From assembly GCF_006345805.1 (NCBI RefSeq), contig NC_043009.1:9920001-9984000 (forward strand): DNA of 64,000 nt. The letters are read 5' to 3'. A model generated the notes under the pieces. The model saw nothing but the letters and a program-made list of their open reading frames with translations. It did no database searches and was not told the DNA's origin. The stretch's first letter is position 1; every line of letters begins with the position of its first letter. Positions 24,780 to 36,856 of this stretch are shown here, piece after piece. Both the position numbers and the translations under genes were made by a program. The DNA is from Octopus sinensis. Lineage: Eukaryota.

Positions 24780-25220
24780 CTCTCATCTTTTACTTGTTTC
24801 AGTCATTAGACTGCGGCCATGCTGGGGCACCGCCTTCAAGGGTTTTAGTCAAACAGACGGATCCCAGGACTCGGCTTTAAAAGCCTGGCACTTATTCTAT
24901 CGATTTCTTTTTACCGAACCGCTAGATTACGGGGGACGTAAATACACCAGCATCTGTTAAGAAGCACTGGTAGACGACAGATACAAAGACAGACAGACAG
25001 ACACACATACATGCATATATGTCGTTGCTATTATGCAAAAGTGTCGTAAGTTCAAAACCATTGTACTACACTTTGACAAATTTTGATATCTTGGCATCTG
25101 AAGCAGCTGGAGATACGATAGTTTGACCCAAAGAACCGGCTGTTGCAAGCAAAAATAAACAATGAAAAGAAAAACGCATTTGATCAAATTTGGACATACG
25201 ACAGTTTAACATAACAGCAA

Positions 25221-25262
<42 letters not shown>

Positions 25263-25420
25263 GCACGACGAGCTTCTTTCAGTTTCCGTCTACCAAATCC
25301 ACTCACAAAGCTTTGGTCGGCCCGAGGCTATAGTAGAAGACACTTGTCCAAGATGCTACGCAGTGGGACTGAACCCGTAAGCATGTGGTTGGGAAGCAAG
25401 CTTCTTACTACACAGCCACG
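24780..25420 (-). mobile_element. SINE family A with a ~200-bp insert beside its internal microsatellite
   Basis: Tail half at 24780-25010; unrelated sequence at ~25020-25220; (TA)n and head half at 25222-25420. Confidence 0.65.
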
Positions 25421-25589
25421 CCTAACGTTCTAATTTGAAATTTCGTCGCCATCGACTGCATTTCATCCTTGTGGGGTCGATAAAATAGGCATCAGTTAAG
25501 CATTGAGTGCGATGTAAACAACTTCCTCCTCCCCTCAAAAACTGTTGTCTCTGTACCGAAGTTTAGAATGAATATATAATAAAAGTCAC

Positions 25590-26039
25590 AGATCTTTTCG
25601 GCTTGAACGGCAGTTTTTAACATAATTTCTAGGTAACTAAAAAATTTTAGACGGCAGTTTTTTCTAGCGGTGTCATGAAATTGTCACCCATAATTATGAC
25701 CCTAGTATCGATCTATTGCATTTCAATCTGTTTTAGGGTTAGGGGTGGGGGGAAAGGGTATCTTTTTTTCTTCACAAATGTAAATAAACCCAATCTGTTT
25801 CTTAAACGAGGGACATATTCATACGGCACAGAATGCTTTTTTTTTTACCTCCATAGACGTCATTGATTGGTTGAAATTGCAGAAAAAAAAAACAAATATC
25901 TTACAAACTATAGAATTTTCTCAATAAAGCCAAGAGAAAAAGATGTTTTATAAACACATTCTACCAGTATATGAAGTTTAAAAGTGTTTAGTTACGTGGC
26001 TATTATTTTTAAAAACTGCCGTTCAAACCGAAAAGATCC
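25590..26039. mobile_element. GGATC-MITE, rearranged copy
   Basis: TIRs at both ends, with an extra ~58-bp terminal arm at the left end. Confidence 0.85.
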
Positions 26040-26255
26040 GTTATCTATATTTAACAAGTTGAAGAGAAGAGTCGGAAATTTTTTTGCGGTTCCCATACAC
26101 TAAAGGCGGTGCTCCAGCATGTCCGCAGACAAATGACTGAAACAAGTAAAAGAATAATAAAAGAATAATTCTGATTTACTTAATGGGAAAAATATTTTCT
26201 ATGAGAGTTATCTCCCTTACAATATAACGCGCTGACGTACACAGAGACATTTTTG

Positions 26256-26455
26256 TATGTGAGAGGTGCTGAAAAGTTCCTGGCTTTGAATGAAAGAAAA
26301 TAGAGGAGGATCAGTTGGTTATCATTTTATTCAACATATTCCCATCTCTGATTTACACACATTGTAGCGATCGTTTAAAGCTCAGAAGGTTGGACCTCCG
26401 ATCAAGCGTTTAGCGACACCCTTGAAGCCAAGAACTTTTCGGCACCCCTTTCGTA
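26256..26455. mobile_element. Mariner-type MITE
   Basis: TIRs TATGTGAGAGGTGCTGAAAAGTTCCTGGCTT / AAGCCAAGAACTTTTCGGCACCCCTTTCGTA with TA ends; related to 46161-46382. Confidence 0.7.
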
Positions 26456-26579
26456 TCTTCTACATAAATGTGAGTGTTTAAATGTGTTTAGCCCCAAAAC
26501 GCTCTGAAACGGTGCATCTTCGAGAAAAACGAATTTGATTTCCGAAATCAGCATCCCAAAGACACGTCCGTAAATAATA

Positions 26580-26945
26580 ATAATAATCCTTTCCACTATA
26601 GGCACAAGGCCTGAAATTTTGGGGAGAGGGGCCAGTCGATTAGTTCAATTCCAGTACGCAACTGATACTTAATTTATCGACCCCGAAAGGATGAAAGGCA
26701 AAGTCGACCGCGGTGGAATTTGAACTCAGAACGTAATGACAGACGGAATACCGTTAAGCATTTCGCCCGGCATACTAACATTTATTTCTTTACTACCCAC
26801 AAGGGGCATAGAGGGGACAAACAAAAACAGACAAAGGGATTAAGTCGATTTCATCGACTCCAGTGCGTAACTGGTACTTAATTTATCGACCCCAAAAGGA
26901 TGAAACGTGAAGACAGACGAAATGCCGCTAAGAGTGTCACTCAGC
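26580..26945 (-). mobile_element. Two adjacent SINE family B copies
   Basis: Two GACCCCGAAAGGATGAAA cores. Confidence 0.75.
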
Positions 26946-27234
26946 GTGCCAATTCATACACACACACACACTTATTTATTTTAAATAGTTTTCATAATCG
27001 TACTTGTGTGTGTGTAAAGATATGTTCGTGAAAAAATCTACCTGAGTAGTGATGACGTAAGAATCCATTTAGATTTTTTAAAACAATATCGATTCCATAC
27101 AAAACACTGGCGAAGGTCAATACAAAAAAAGTAGGACTCTAGAAGCCTACATCTTTGTTGATACACTCCAGAGCAATGACAAAAGCGCGTGCGAGTGAGT
27201 GTCTTCCCTGACTAAAATAAAATTTAAAAAATAC

Positions 27235-27687
27235 GGATCTTTTCGGTTTGAACGGCAGTTTTTTCTAGTGGTGTCATATGTAATTGTCACCCATAATTAT
27301 GACCCTAGTATCGATCTATTGCATTTCAATCTGTTTTAGAGTTAAGGTTAGGGGTGGGGGGAAAGGGTATGTTTTTTTCTTCACAAATGTAAATAAACCC
27401 AATCTGTTTCTTAAACGAGGGACATATTCATACGGCACAGAATGTTTTTTTTTTACCTCAATAGACGCCATTGATTGGTTGAAATTGCAGAAATTGAAGA
27501 AAAGAAAACAACAAATATCTTACAAACTATAGAATTTTCTCAATAAAGCCAAGAGAAAAAGATGTTTTATAAACACATTCTACCAGTATACGAAGTTTAA
27601 AATTTTTGGCAATACAAACGAAACATTGCCAATTTTTTAGTTACCTAGAAATTATTTTAAAAACTGCCGTTCAAACCGAAAAGATCC
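27235..27687. mobile_element. GGATC-MITE, opposite internal orientation
   Basis: Both TIRs present; no TSD visible. Confidence 0.9.
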
Positions 27688-27764
27688 TAACTGGGACTTA
27701 AACGAGAACATTTTTCCTCCGGAATTTAAACAAACAAAAAAAAATCTGAATTTAAGTTTTGGAG

Positions 27765-28225
27765 GATTCCACCTCATCTGTCTCTGTTGCTGGTGAAAAT
27801 GTCGAAGTTGTTGACCCCTTCACTAATCTCGGCAGTGAGATTCATAGCAGCATTAATTGCTAGTCTGAAGTCCTAAAACAACTTGGACGAGCTGACGCAT
27901 TTGTAGGCATGCGGCGTTTGGCGATGCCAATATCTGAGCAAGAGAACAAAGAATTCGGGAGCGCTAGCTCAGACTGTTTGGCCATGTTCCCCAATTTTCC
28001 GAGCCAGGCCTTGCTTATCGTGATCTTTTCATCGAGGATCAGGTTGGGTTGACAGCTCCTGTTGGTTGATGCCACAGGTCACTGCAGATGGGTCAGTATC
28101 TTGCAGAGATGGAAACTGATTGAAACTCCGCTCGATGAATTGCCCGGGAGAATCCGAGAATATACCGACAAACGGTGAATGCAACAACGCTCTGCAACGG
28201 CGCATACCCCCACATCTGAACCCGA
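27765..28225 (+). pseudogene. Decayed RTE-clade LINE 3' fragment
   Basis: SVAGENVEVVDPFTNLGSEIHSS...EVLKQLGRA, the RT C-terminal VEVV..F.YLGS motif. Confidence 0.65.
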
Positions 28226-28267
28226 ATATATACATGTATACATATGTGTGTATACATTTATGGATTG

Positions 28268-28670
28268 TAGTCATGTTGGAGCACTGGCTTGAAAAGTTTT
28301 GTGGAATCTATCTACCCCAATACTAACTTTTTTTTTTATGTCTGATACTTTTCTTTTGCCGAACTGCTTAGTTACGGAGATGTATATAAACCAGCACCGT
28401 TCATCAAGCGGTGGATGAGGATAAACCCAAGCGGTGGATGGGGGATAGGCACAAACATACACATATTTTTGTTTGTTTGTGCCTCCTCGCATGACAACCG
28501 GTGTTGGTCGATTACGTTTCCGTAATCTAGCGATTCGGTAAGGACAGATAGAATAAATTCTAGGCTTAGAAAAAATAATTACTAGGTTTGATCTGTTTGA
28601 TTAAAACCCTTCAGGGTGGTGCACCAGCATGGCCGTGGTTCAGTGACTGAAGCAAGTCAATGATAAAAGA
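28268..28670. mobile_element. Two diverged SINE family A 3' halves in opposite orientation
   Basis: Degenerate family A tail motifs at both ends. Confidence 0.5.
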
Positions 28671-29033
28671 TAGCCTCGAAACGATCCAAGCCTTGTACGT
28701 GAAGCTGGATAAATGGAAATTGTAGCAGCCTGTCGGATAGATTGTATTTGTGACTCGAAGGTCTAACTTTTTCACAAGTTGTGCTACGCTGACTCGGGCT
28801 GAGAATTAAATCAGAGGTAGACGTGTCTATGGAATACTCAGCCACTTACACGCTAATTTAACAAGAAGTAGTTCATTTGTTTAACAACTAAACACTCATC
28901 AGTGAATCGACCGAGAATCCATTCTCATACTTTGACTCCAAATCGTACTGAAAACCTTATAGCTTGAGAATGCTTTATCACCAATGTCGCGGGTTCTTGT
29001 TCACCTTTGCCATGGTGGTTGCTTGTTGGTACG

Positions 29034-29466
29034 TGTTGTAGTATAGAATACCATCGTCGCGTGGTCTAGTTGGCTGGGTGTTTTAATATATGAAGCAACA
29101 CACGAACTTCTAACTTTCAACATATTTATTGCTAGACGTGATTTACTGCGTTAGCTGTTTACAAAAGAAAAACACCGATAATATAAACCACCAACTGGGA
29201 GGAGAGGACCGCGCTGTGTCTTGTAGAAGGCTGGCTGTGATACATCGTGTGTGAGCGTCCGAAGTCGTTTCTTGCCCGGTGTGGTCTGTCCGAGTGCTCG
29301 AGATAGTCGTCTGAGCAGTCTTACCTTTTGTGAGTGCTCAAGGTGGTCTACGCGAATGCCCATAGCGGTCTGCCGAGGACGTCTGGCTAAGTTAGGCGCC
29401 AAACTGTTTATATAGGGTGAGTTGTGGCGAATTTTAAATTATCCAAGGATACGTTATCACATTACA
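29034..29466 (-). mobile_element. Probable solo LTR
   Basis: TGTTGTAG...ATTACA ends; minus-strand CTATATAAAC (29406-29415) and AATAAA (29125-29130); no TSD found. Confidence 0.45.
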
Positions 29467-30009
29467 TCTCCACGCTGATTGATCGATGTATAAATCAATC
29501 ACACAAGACTGGTGGCTCACTCGTGATTTCTAACTAAATACTTTGCGGTTGGGGTTCAAATTCTTCTAAGATGAAACGTATACCGCTGACTTCTACTTCG
29601 TTATTATTGTTAAATGCATAGAAGGCAGCAAGCTGGCAGAATCGTTAGCACACCAGACAAACTACTTAGCAGCATTTCGTCCGTCTTTACGTTACAAGTT
29701 CAAATTCTTTGTCAGGCATTGGGCTTAAATTAAAAACCATTATTATTATTAGTGCAGTGGATGGCACAATAGTTGTATGCAAATATTAAGTTACCTTCTG
29801 TGTTTCAGTCCTTCCTAAATCGACTTACCTCTCATTCTTTCGGGTCTGGTAAGGAAATACAAGTTGAACGCATGAATTAATCCCTTCTTTCTCTATGGAG
29901 CATAGACATTCAACGACTTTATAATCTGAAATCTTTCAGTGTTATATAATCACCGATCCAGCATTCTTCCCCTTCCTCTCATTTTGCGAATGGGGAGAAC
30001 ATCTTTAAG

Positions 30010-30450
30010 ATCATCCTGTCTGACTCGGATAAAGTCAATAAGATGCCAGTGTTTGGATGTGTGTGTGCATTATTATGCATCGATAAGACTTTGCACTTTT
30101 TATGCTGGAAGACAATAATGGTAATGCCATGCTAAGCGAAATATCCTGACAAGAATGGATTTCTGCTGAGGAAATTTCCTGTGGAGGCTGTTTGAGGACA
30201 ACATTTTCTAAGCTCTTTCTCATTTGGGATGAGTAGCTCGGTCTCTGAATAAGGATGTTCAGTTACTTAGTGGTCTACCAAGGTCTGTTACCTGTCAGGC
30301 AACTGACTTTGGCGGAAAACTGTGTAACTGTAATGGATTCTTGTAGGAAACCATGGAGGAGACATGCAGTTCTTGAGTCGAAAGGTCACCAAAATTGTAA
30401 AGATTATGCGCCCGTTTGCATGTTGGCATCACCAGAATGTAACATGTCAT
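30010..30450 (+). pseudogene. Possible highly decayed PIF1/Helitron helicase fragment
   Basis: LFLIWDE and FGGKTV-like words in the expected order, with many stops. Confidence 0.35.
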
Positions 30451-30647
30451 ATGTAGCAAAATAAATGAGAAGAAGAGGAATATTATTAGTAGAAATAGTC
30501 CTTTATTTTCATCGTTACAATATAAGATACATCTTCTTTGAATTGTTATACTCAGATTATTTACTGTTCTGTTGTACATTCTGTAGGGAGTTAAGTTGGT
30601 CAGTCAGTGACTAGTAAAGAGGAAAAGTAAAAAATAAAGACAAGTAG

Positions 30648-31070
30648 GCGTAGGAGTGGCTGTGATAAGTAGCTTGTTTACCAACCACATGGTTCCGGGT
30701 TCAGTCCCACGGCGTGGCACCTTAGGCAAATGTCTTCTACTATAAGCCTCGGGCCGACCAAAGCCTTGTGAGTGGATTTGGTAGACGGAAACTGAAAGAA
30801 GCTCGTCGTATATATGTATATATATATGTATGTATGTGTATGTATATGTTTGTGTGTCTGCGTTTGTCCCCCCAACATCGCTTGACAACCGATGCTGGTG
30901 TGTTTACGTCCCTGTAACTTAGCGGTTCGGCAAAACAGACCGATAGAATAAGTACTAGGCTTACAAAGAATAAGTCCTGGGGTGGATTTGCTCGACTAAA
31001 GGCGATGCTCCAGCATGGCCACAGTCACATGACTGAAACAAGTAAAAAAAGTAAAAAAAGAAAGTAAGTA
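30648..31070 (+). mobile_element. SINE family A, full length
   Basis: Match to the family consensus. Confidence 0.85.
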
Positions 31071-32144
31071 AAGCGGGTAAGAGTTATATGCTCTCTGCTT
31101 GGCAACTCATAAATGAAAGAAGAAAGCGGGGGATGCTTTTCGCCGGTGAGTTAAGAGAAAAAGAGGTAGAATTGAATTTGCGTGCAGTATTGATACATTG
31201 TTGCAAAGCTGGATGTAGGTCAGAGAATAATGGTTTTATCTATCTTGAACTGTATTCAATTCCGGAATGTCAACTTAAGCAATAAAACTTAACAATACAA
31301 TTACTCCCATAAATTTCTAAGTGCAAAGCCGAGAACAATAGAAAAAAAAAACTTGTAGAAAAATGTAGATTCGGTTTTGAATATTGGCTGAGAATTTAGT
31401 AAGCTATTCTTTACATAACTGTTGGGTAGCTGTCTGACAGGAAGCTCACAGCATATACTAACCTATGCTCGGGTACCAGACTCCCATCACTGATAGGGTT
31501 TAGAATTCAGGAACCCACGTAACAGAAGACACTTGCACAATGAAGGGTGAACATATTTCTCACTCTAATCATTTTGTGTATGAAGGGGATAAATTTAGTG
31601 ACAAAAGGAACCCAAGACAAGAACCTCCTTTCATTTACAGAAGACAATTGGAAATCCAGTCTCTGTTTATGATATGAGTCACAGCTTGTTTTTCTTTCAA
31701 AGTGTGTGGTTCAAGCTTTTGTCTTGCTATACTCAACCATAGGACTTCAATTTATGTAGTTGAGGTCATGTTCACCCTAGTGAACATGACCTCATCTTTG
31801 AGGTCTGCTTCTAACCCGGCATTGAGCTTAAGCAAGTTGGTTGCAAGAAGGCAGAAAATTGCTAATTATACACTAGATTCACCATATCATCCGGTGAGTG
31901 TTCATTCTCACTCTCTCTCTCTCACTCACATATAAAGATATTTTTATATTTTAGAAACTTCGAGAGACATAAAATTAACCGTTCTGGTTTTTTTTTTAAC
32001 GGTAGAACCCGAAATGGATAAAGCTATATTTAACAGCATGTACATTATTGGGTTAAAAATTTTCTTGGCTAGAAAAATCCGAAGGCTGCCCATAGGACAA
32101 GAATTCACATTTTCTGTGAATATGGCAGATGCAGAGGTGCTACG

Positions 32145-32243
<99 letters not shown>

Positions 32244-32271
32244 TGTATGTATGTATGTGTATGTATGTATG

Positions 32272-33443
32272 TATGCAAGGTGCGGACAGACTTTGAGGAC
32301 ATACATTTTTAGTCATTATTTTATTTGTTTAATTTTTATTGAACTTCTATGCCTACTAATGAAATGAAAAGGCATGCTGTGATTGTGGCTTTGAAGGCTA
32401 AGCATGGTGATTTAGAAATTCCTCGTTTTCTGAAAGTTGCAAGATCTTTTGTCCACAAGATTCGGTGTGAGTTAGAGAAAGAATAGGAAACCGTGTTACC
32501 TGTATCAAAACGTAAAAAAAAACATTTCAAACGCTCTGATCCCATCAGGACACCGGAATTTATTTAGGATGTTAAGCAAAACATTGAAGGCAATCCAAGA
32601 AAATCAATGAGGTCAATTGCAAAAAATTTCTTGAGTCAGAAAACAATCAGAAATGTTGTGAATGAAGACATCAGATACAAATCTTACGTGATGAGGAATG
32701 GTCAAATCATATAAGAAAAAGAAGAAAAGAAAACTGTTTAATCAGATCTAAAAGACTTTTGGACAAACTTAATAATCCACTGAAGGTGGTGCGAGAAAAT
32801 CTTTGACCAGAAGAAATGGCAGATGGCTATGTGCAGACTCTTCTGGGGTCCCAAGAGTAATGTACGCAAAATTTCCTGCAAGTGTCATAGTTTTGGGTGT
32901 TGTTAGCAATGAAGGCCATGTGATGCCTCCCACTTTTTATCACAAGGCTTTAGAGTGAATACTACTGCGTATATTGAGGTCCTGGCTAAAATTGTTAAGC
33001 CTTAGATCAATAGTTTAGGTAATGGAAGGCCTTATGTCTTTCAACAAGATTCTACATCATCACACAAGGCTCAAGAATGGATGGCCGACAATTGGCACGA
33101 TCACATCGCCCCCAACATTTGGCCCCCTACTTCTCCAGATCTCAATCCATTGAACCGTTATGTATGGAGCATCGTTGAGAAAACTGTCAATGAACATTCT
33201 CATAGCACAAAAGATTCTTTGAAAGCCGCCATAGTTTAACCATGTCCGATATGACCAGGGACCACTTAATCCGAGCTTGTAAACGATTTTGACATCGCGT
33301 AGAGGCAGTAATTAATGCTTCTGGTGGTTTTATTGTATGAAATTATCAAAATTGATAATTTAGCTTTATGCTTGTTATCTTTATAACAATAGTTTTTTAA
33401 AACCATAAATCTATCCTCAAATACCGTCTGCATTCTGTGTGTA
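32272..33443 (+). mobile_element. Decayed Tc1/mariner-superfamily transposon (maT/DD37D-like)
   Basis: MKRHAVIVALKAKHGDLEI..FLKVARSFVHKIR; FQQDST; WPPTSPDLNPL (33120-33152); imperfect TIRs at both ends. Confidence 0.8.
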
Positions 33444-33518
33444 CGTGTGTGTGTGAGAGAGAAAGAGACATTATTCACGGAAGCTTCTCGAATTGTGAGT
33501 TTCTCGTGAATTACAGTT

Positions 33519-33721
33519 CAGTATACGAAGTTTAAAAGTGTTTAGTAACAAATAAATTATTAAAAAAATCTGCTGGTCAAAGTAAAAAGATCCCAGAATT
33601 TTCTCAAGAAAGCGAAGAGAAAAAGATGTTTTATGTAACACACTACCAGTATACGAAGTTTAAAAGTGTTTAGTTACAAAGAAGTTATTTAAAAAATCTG
33701 CCGGTCAAAGTGAAAAGATCC
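33519..33721. mobile_element. Two tandem right-end fragments of a GGATC-MITE variant
   Basis: Both end in ...CTGCYGGTCAAAGT(A/G)AAAAGATCC, at 33593 and 33721. Confidence 0.7.
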
Positions 33722-34130
33722 ATATTTTTTTATATATATAATGCTCAGGTACACTACGAAGTACCAAGGTGTACTACAAGTGCTCTTATGAGTCAAGCGT
33801 CAGTGAATAATAAAACATACGCACATTGCACATACACAACCAAACGGCAAGTCTGTGTTGTTGTTATATATATATAATGTATTGAGTATTAAAGGAAGTA
33901 GTGAGTACTTAGTATGAAAGATTAAGAAAATGAGAGAGACTGAAACAACGTGTTAACGATACAAGATACTTTATTCGACTGCCGTTGTTGTACAAGTTAA
34001 TTGTTTTGGCGGGAAACAAAGTGAAAGTCCTTTTATCAAGGGAGACAATGGGCGACGTTGATTGTTCATGTTTGTTGTGATGATTATATAACATCTTCCT
34101 TTTTTTTTTTTTTTTAATTATTTTTTTTTA

Positions 34131-34680
34131 TCATCTGTATCTACAGGGAATAATTATTCGTCGTCCACTTTTTGTGGTTTTATTATTTTGTAGTGTTGAA
34201 TTCTGTAGTTGTGCTGTTTTTGTTTTTTCATGCGTGTTTGTTGATTTTGGAAATATATTTTCATAATCTAATTCTTCTGTTATGCGAACGTGTTCGTTTG
34301 TTTTAAGAATATGTTGTCTATTTCGTTTGACTGTATTTCCTTCCTCTGTTATTACTAAGTATGAACGAGGTTGCTCTAGTTTTTTAATTATTTTGCCCCT
34401 TCTAAACCAATTGTTGTTAAACTTAATTCTAACCGTGTCGTGTGGTTTTAACTCTGGGAGTTCTGTTGTAATGTTTGATTTCTTCTTTTCGTGAGGCCTG
34501 ATACCAATTTTGTCGTGTAGTATGTTTGGGAGATTTGTTCGCAATGTTCTATTCATTATTTGATTTGCAGGGGATGGTGCACCATTTTGTAATTTAGTCG
34601 TGCGTAATGCTAAGAGCGCTAACTGAGGTTCTTCGTCACTTTTGAATGCCTTTTTTAGCGTCTTTTTTATTGTCTGTATA
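34131..34680 (-). CDS. Integrase C-terminal region continuing after a 1-nt frameshift
   Basis: IQTIKKTLKKAFKSDEEPQLALLALRTT...SPANQIMNRTLRTNLP...PRSYLV...RNRQHI...TKSGR. Confidence 0.8.
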
Positions 34681-35923
34681 TTCTCTCAACCATGCCATTC
34701 GCTTGATGATAATGCGGGCTTGTCTTCGTGTGATGAAAATGCCAATTTTTTGCAAATTTTTTGAATTCAGCCGAATTGAATTCTGGACCGTTGTCACTTA
34801 CAACTGTTTGCGGAATTCCGAATTTAGCAAAAGTTTCTTTTAATTTTTTGATTACGGTTTTTGACTGGCAATCATTTATTTCGTGTAGATCAAAAAATCT
34901 TGTTGTATAGTCAATAATTGTGACATACGAATTTCCAGACAGGTGAAATACGTCTGTACCCACTTTGGTCCATGGTGTAGTAGGTATTTCATGATTTATT
35001 AGTGGTTCGGCTGCTTGTTGATTTTTGTAGTCAATGCAGTATGAGCATGTGTTAATCATGTCTTTGATTTGAGCGTTAATGCCGGGCCAGTATATACATT
35101 CCTTCGCTCTCTCTATGCATTTTTCACATGTCTTGTGAAATGCTGGGCATTTATTTCTTTTGTGATTATAACCACAATAGTGACAGTTAGTTACGTAGTG
35201 TTGACTTGGCGCTTGAAACTTCGCGGGCTTTCTGTCACTTCCGCCTTGTTCGTTTTGATGTCTGTATTGCATATGGCGGGTTATTTGAGTTTTGGCGCCT
35301 TTTCTGTCGTGTTGACTATATACCCTCGAGATTTCGTTATCTCTTGTTTCGGATGTGGCATTTAGCATCCTTGATTGGAGTCGTGTTTGCTCTGCACTCT
35401 GACCTGCTTGAATTGTTTTTTGTAGGTCTAAATTTGGTTCTCTCAATAATCTTTCTCTTAATCTCATGTCTCTGATTCCACATATCAGAATATCTTTGGT
35501 GAGACTGTCTGTGAGGTTGCCGAATTCGCACTGTTGTGCCTTTTGGCGCAACTCTACTACGTACTCATCGAATTTTTGATGTTCCGCTTGTCCACATGTG
35601 AAGAATTTGTGTCTTAGGAAAGTTATGTTTTTCCTGGGTTCACAATATGCATCGAATTTTTCGATTACTGTCTGAAGGTTCATTTCTTCGTCGGGTGAAT
35701 CGAAATCCAGTGTGGAATGGATATCTCGGCCTTTAGAACCGATGCAAGTTAAAAACATTGAAGTTTTTACTTTGTCTGGCTTCATGTCACTTTCTGTTGC
35801 TATCAAAAAGAGATTGAATTCTTTTTTCCACTTTTTCCATGCTGCGGCTAGATTTTCCTGATTAAAGTCTAGGTCTTTTGGATGCGGTAAATTTTCCATT
35901 TCGTCTTTGAAGTATGATTTCAA
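34667..35923 (-). CDS. gag: Gag-integrase in-frame fusion protein (418 aa)
   Basis: Gag capsid-like region and CHYCGYNHKRNKC knuckle joined to IERAKECIYWPG..CSYC..GTD..SDNG..(35 aa)..E integrase core. Confidence 0.9.
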   Translation of the reverse strand: MKSYFKDEMENLPHPKDLDFNQENLAAAWKKWKKEFNLFLIATESDMKPDKVKTSMFLTCIGSKGRDIHSTLDFDSPDEEMNLQTVIEKFDAYCEPRKNITFLRHKFFTCGQAEHQKFDEYVVELRQKAQQCEFGNLTDSLTKDILICGIRDMRLRERLLREPNLDLQKTIQAGQSAEQTRLQSRMLNATSETRDNEISRVYSQHDRKGAKTQITRHMQYRHQNEQGGSDRKPAKFQAPSQHYVTNCHYCGYNHKRNKCPAFHKTCEKCIERAKECIYWPGINAQIKDMINTCSYCIDYKNQQAAEPLINHEIPTTPWTKVGTDVFHLSGNSYVTIIDYTTRFFDLHEINDCQSKTVIKKLKETFAKFGIPQTVVSDNGPEFNSAEFKKFAKNWHFHHTKTSPHYHQANGMVERIYRQ

Positions 35924-36469
35924 CTTCTTTTTTCCTTTGGTTTCTGTATTTTGGGTTCTTTTAGTATTCTGACACCATGTTGTTGTTATATATATATAAT
36001 GTATTGAGTATTAAAGGAAGTAGTGAGTACTTAGTATGAAAGATTAAGAAAATGAGAGAAACTGAAACAACGTGTTAACGATACAAGATACTTTATTCGA
36101 CTGCCGTTGTTGTACAAGTTAATTGTTTTGGCGGGAAACAAAGTGAAAGTCCTTTTATCAAGGGAGACAATGGGCGACGTTGATTGTTCATGTTTGTTGT
36201 GATGATTATATAACAGTTTGTAGCTTTGGACAACTACATACACTCTACTAACATTTCATTTATTTAGCAAATTAGAAAGCTAATTGCGGAACTATTTACT
36301 TAATTGAGACCCCTTTCGGTCGCAATCCATGGTACACTCATATTAAGTGGCAAATTAAATAAAATTAAGTAGTATTTTCTCTCTCAAGTGTAAACACATA
36401 CGTATTGTGTCATAGTGATAAGGCCATTAGTTGATAATGTAAAAAAGTTCATTAACGGTAACTGTTTAT

Positions 36470-36830
36470 AAGACGGTGAGTTAGCACGCCGGACACAATG
36501 CCAAGCGGCGGGTTCAAATACCGCCAAGATCGACTTTGTCTTTCATCCTTTCGGGTTCGATAATGTAAGAACCAGTTGGTCCAACTCCCCCCTAAGTTGC
36601 TGGCCTTGTACCAAAATTTGAAACCAATATTAACTGTCCATAAGTTGGCGAGCTGGCAGAATCGTTAGCACGCCGGGCAAAATGCTTAGCGGCATTTCGT
36701 CCGTCTATGTTCTGAGTTCTAATTCCATTGAGGTTGCCTTGGCCTTTCTCCCTGTCGGAGTCGATGAAATGAGTACCTGGGATCGATGTAATCGACTAGC
36801 CTCATCTCCCAATATATCAGGCCTTGTGTC
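36470..36830 (+). mobile_element. Diverged SINE family B copies
   Basis: Two heads and two Meta-like cores. Confidence 0.6.
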
Positions 36831-36856
36831 TATAGTAGAAATGAATATTTACTGGG

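Larger units (their letters stand above)
33856..36215 (-). mobile_element. Ty3/Gypsy (Mag-like) LTR retrotransposon, internally deleted, very young
   Basis: 238-bp LTRs (TG...CA) at 33856-34093 and 35978-36215, differing at one base. PBS TGGTGTCAGAA (35967-35977, complementary to a tRNA-Leu 3' end); purine tract next to the 3' LTR (34094-34110); flanks GTCTG/GTTTG. Confidence 0.97.

Noticed and set aside
31944-32145. Non-repetitive-looking ORF start MDKAIFNSMYIIGLKIFLARK
   Set aside because: No recognisable domain or splice signals, and it runs into a microsatellite.
33909-36243. Duplicated small minus-strand ORFs (33909-34094 and 36031-36243)
   Set aside because: They are simply the two LTRs translated.
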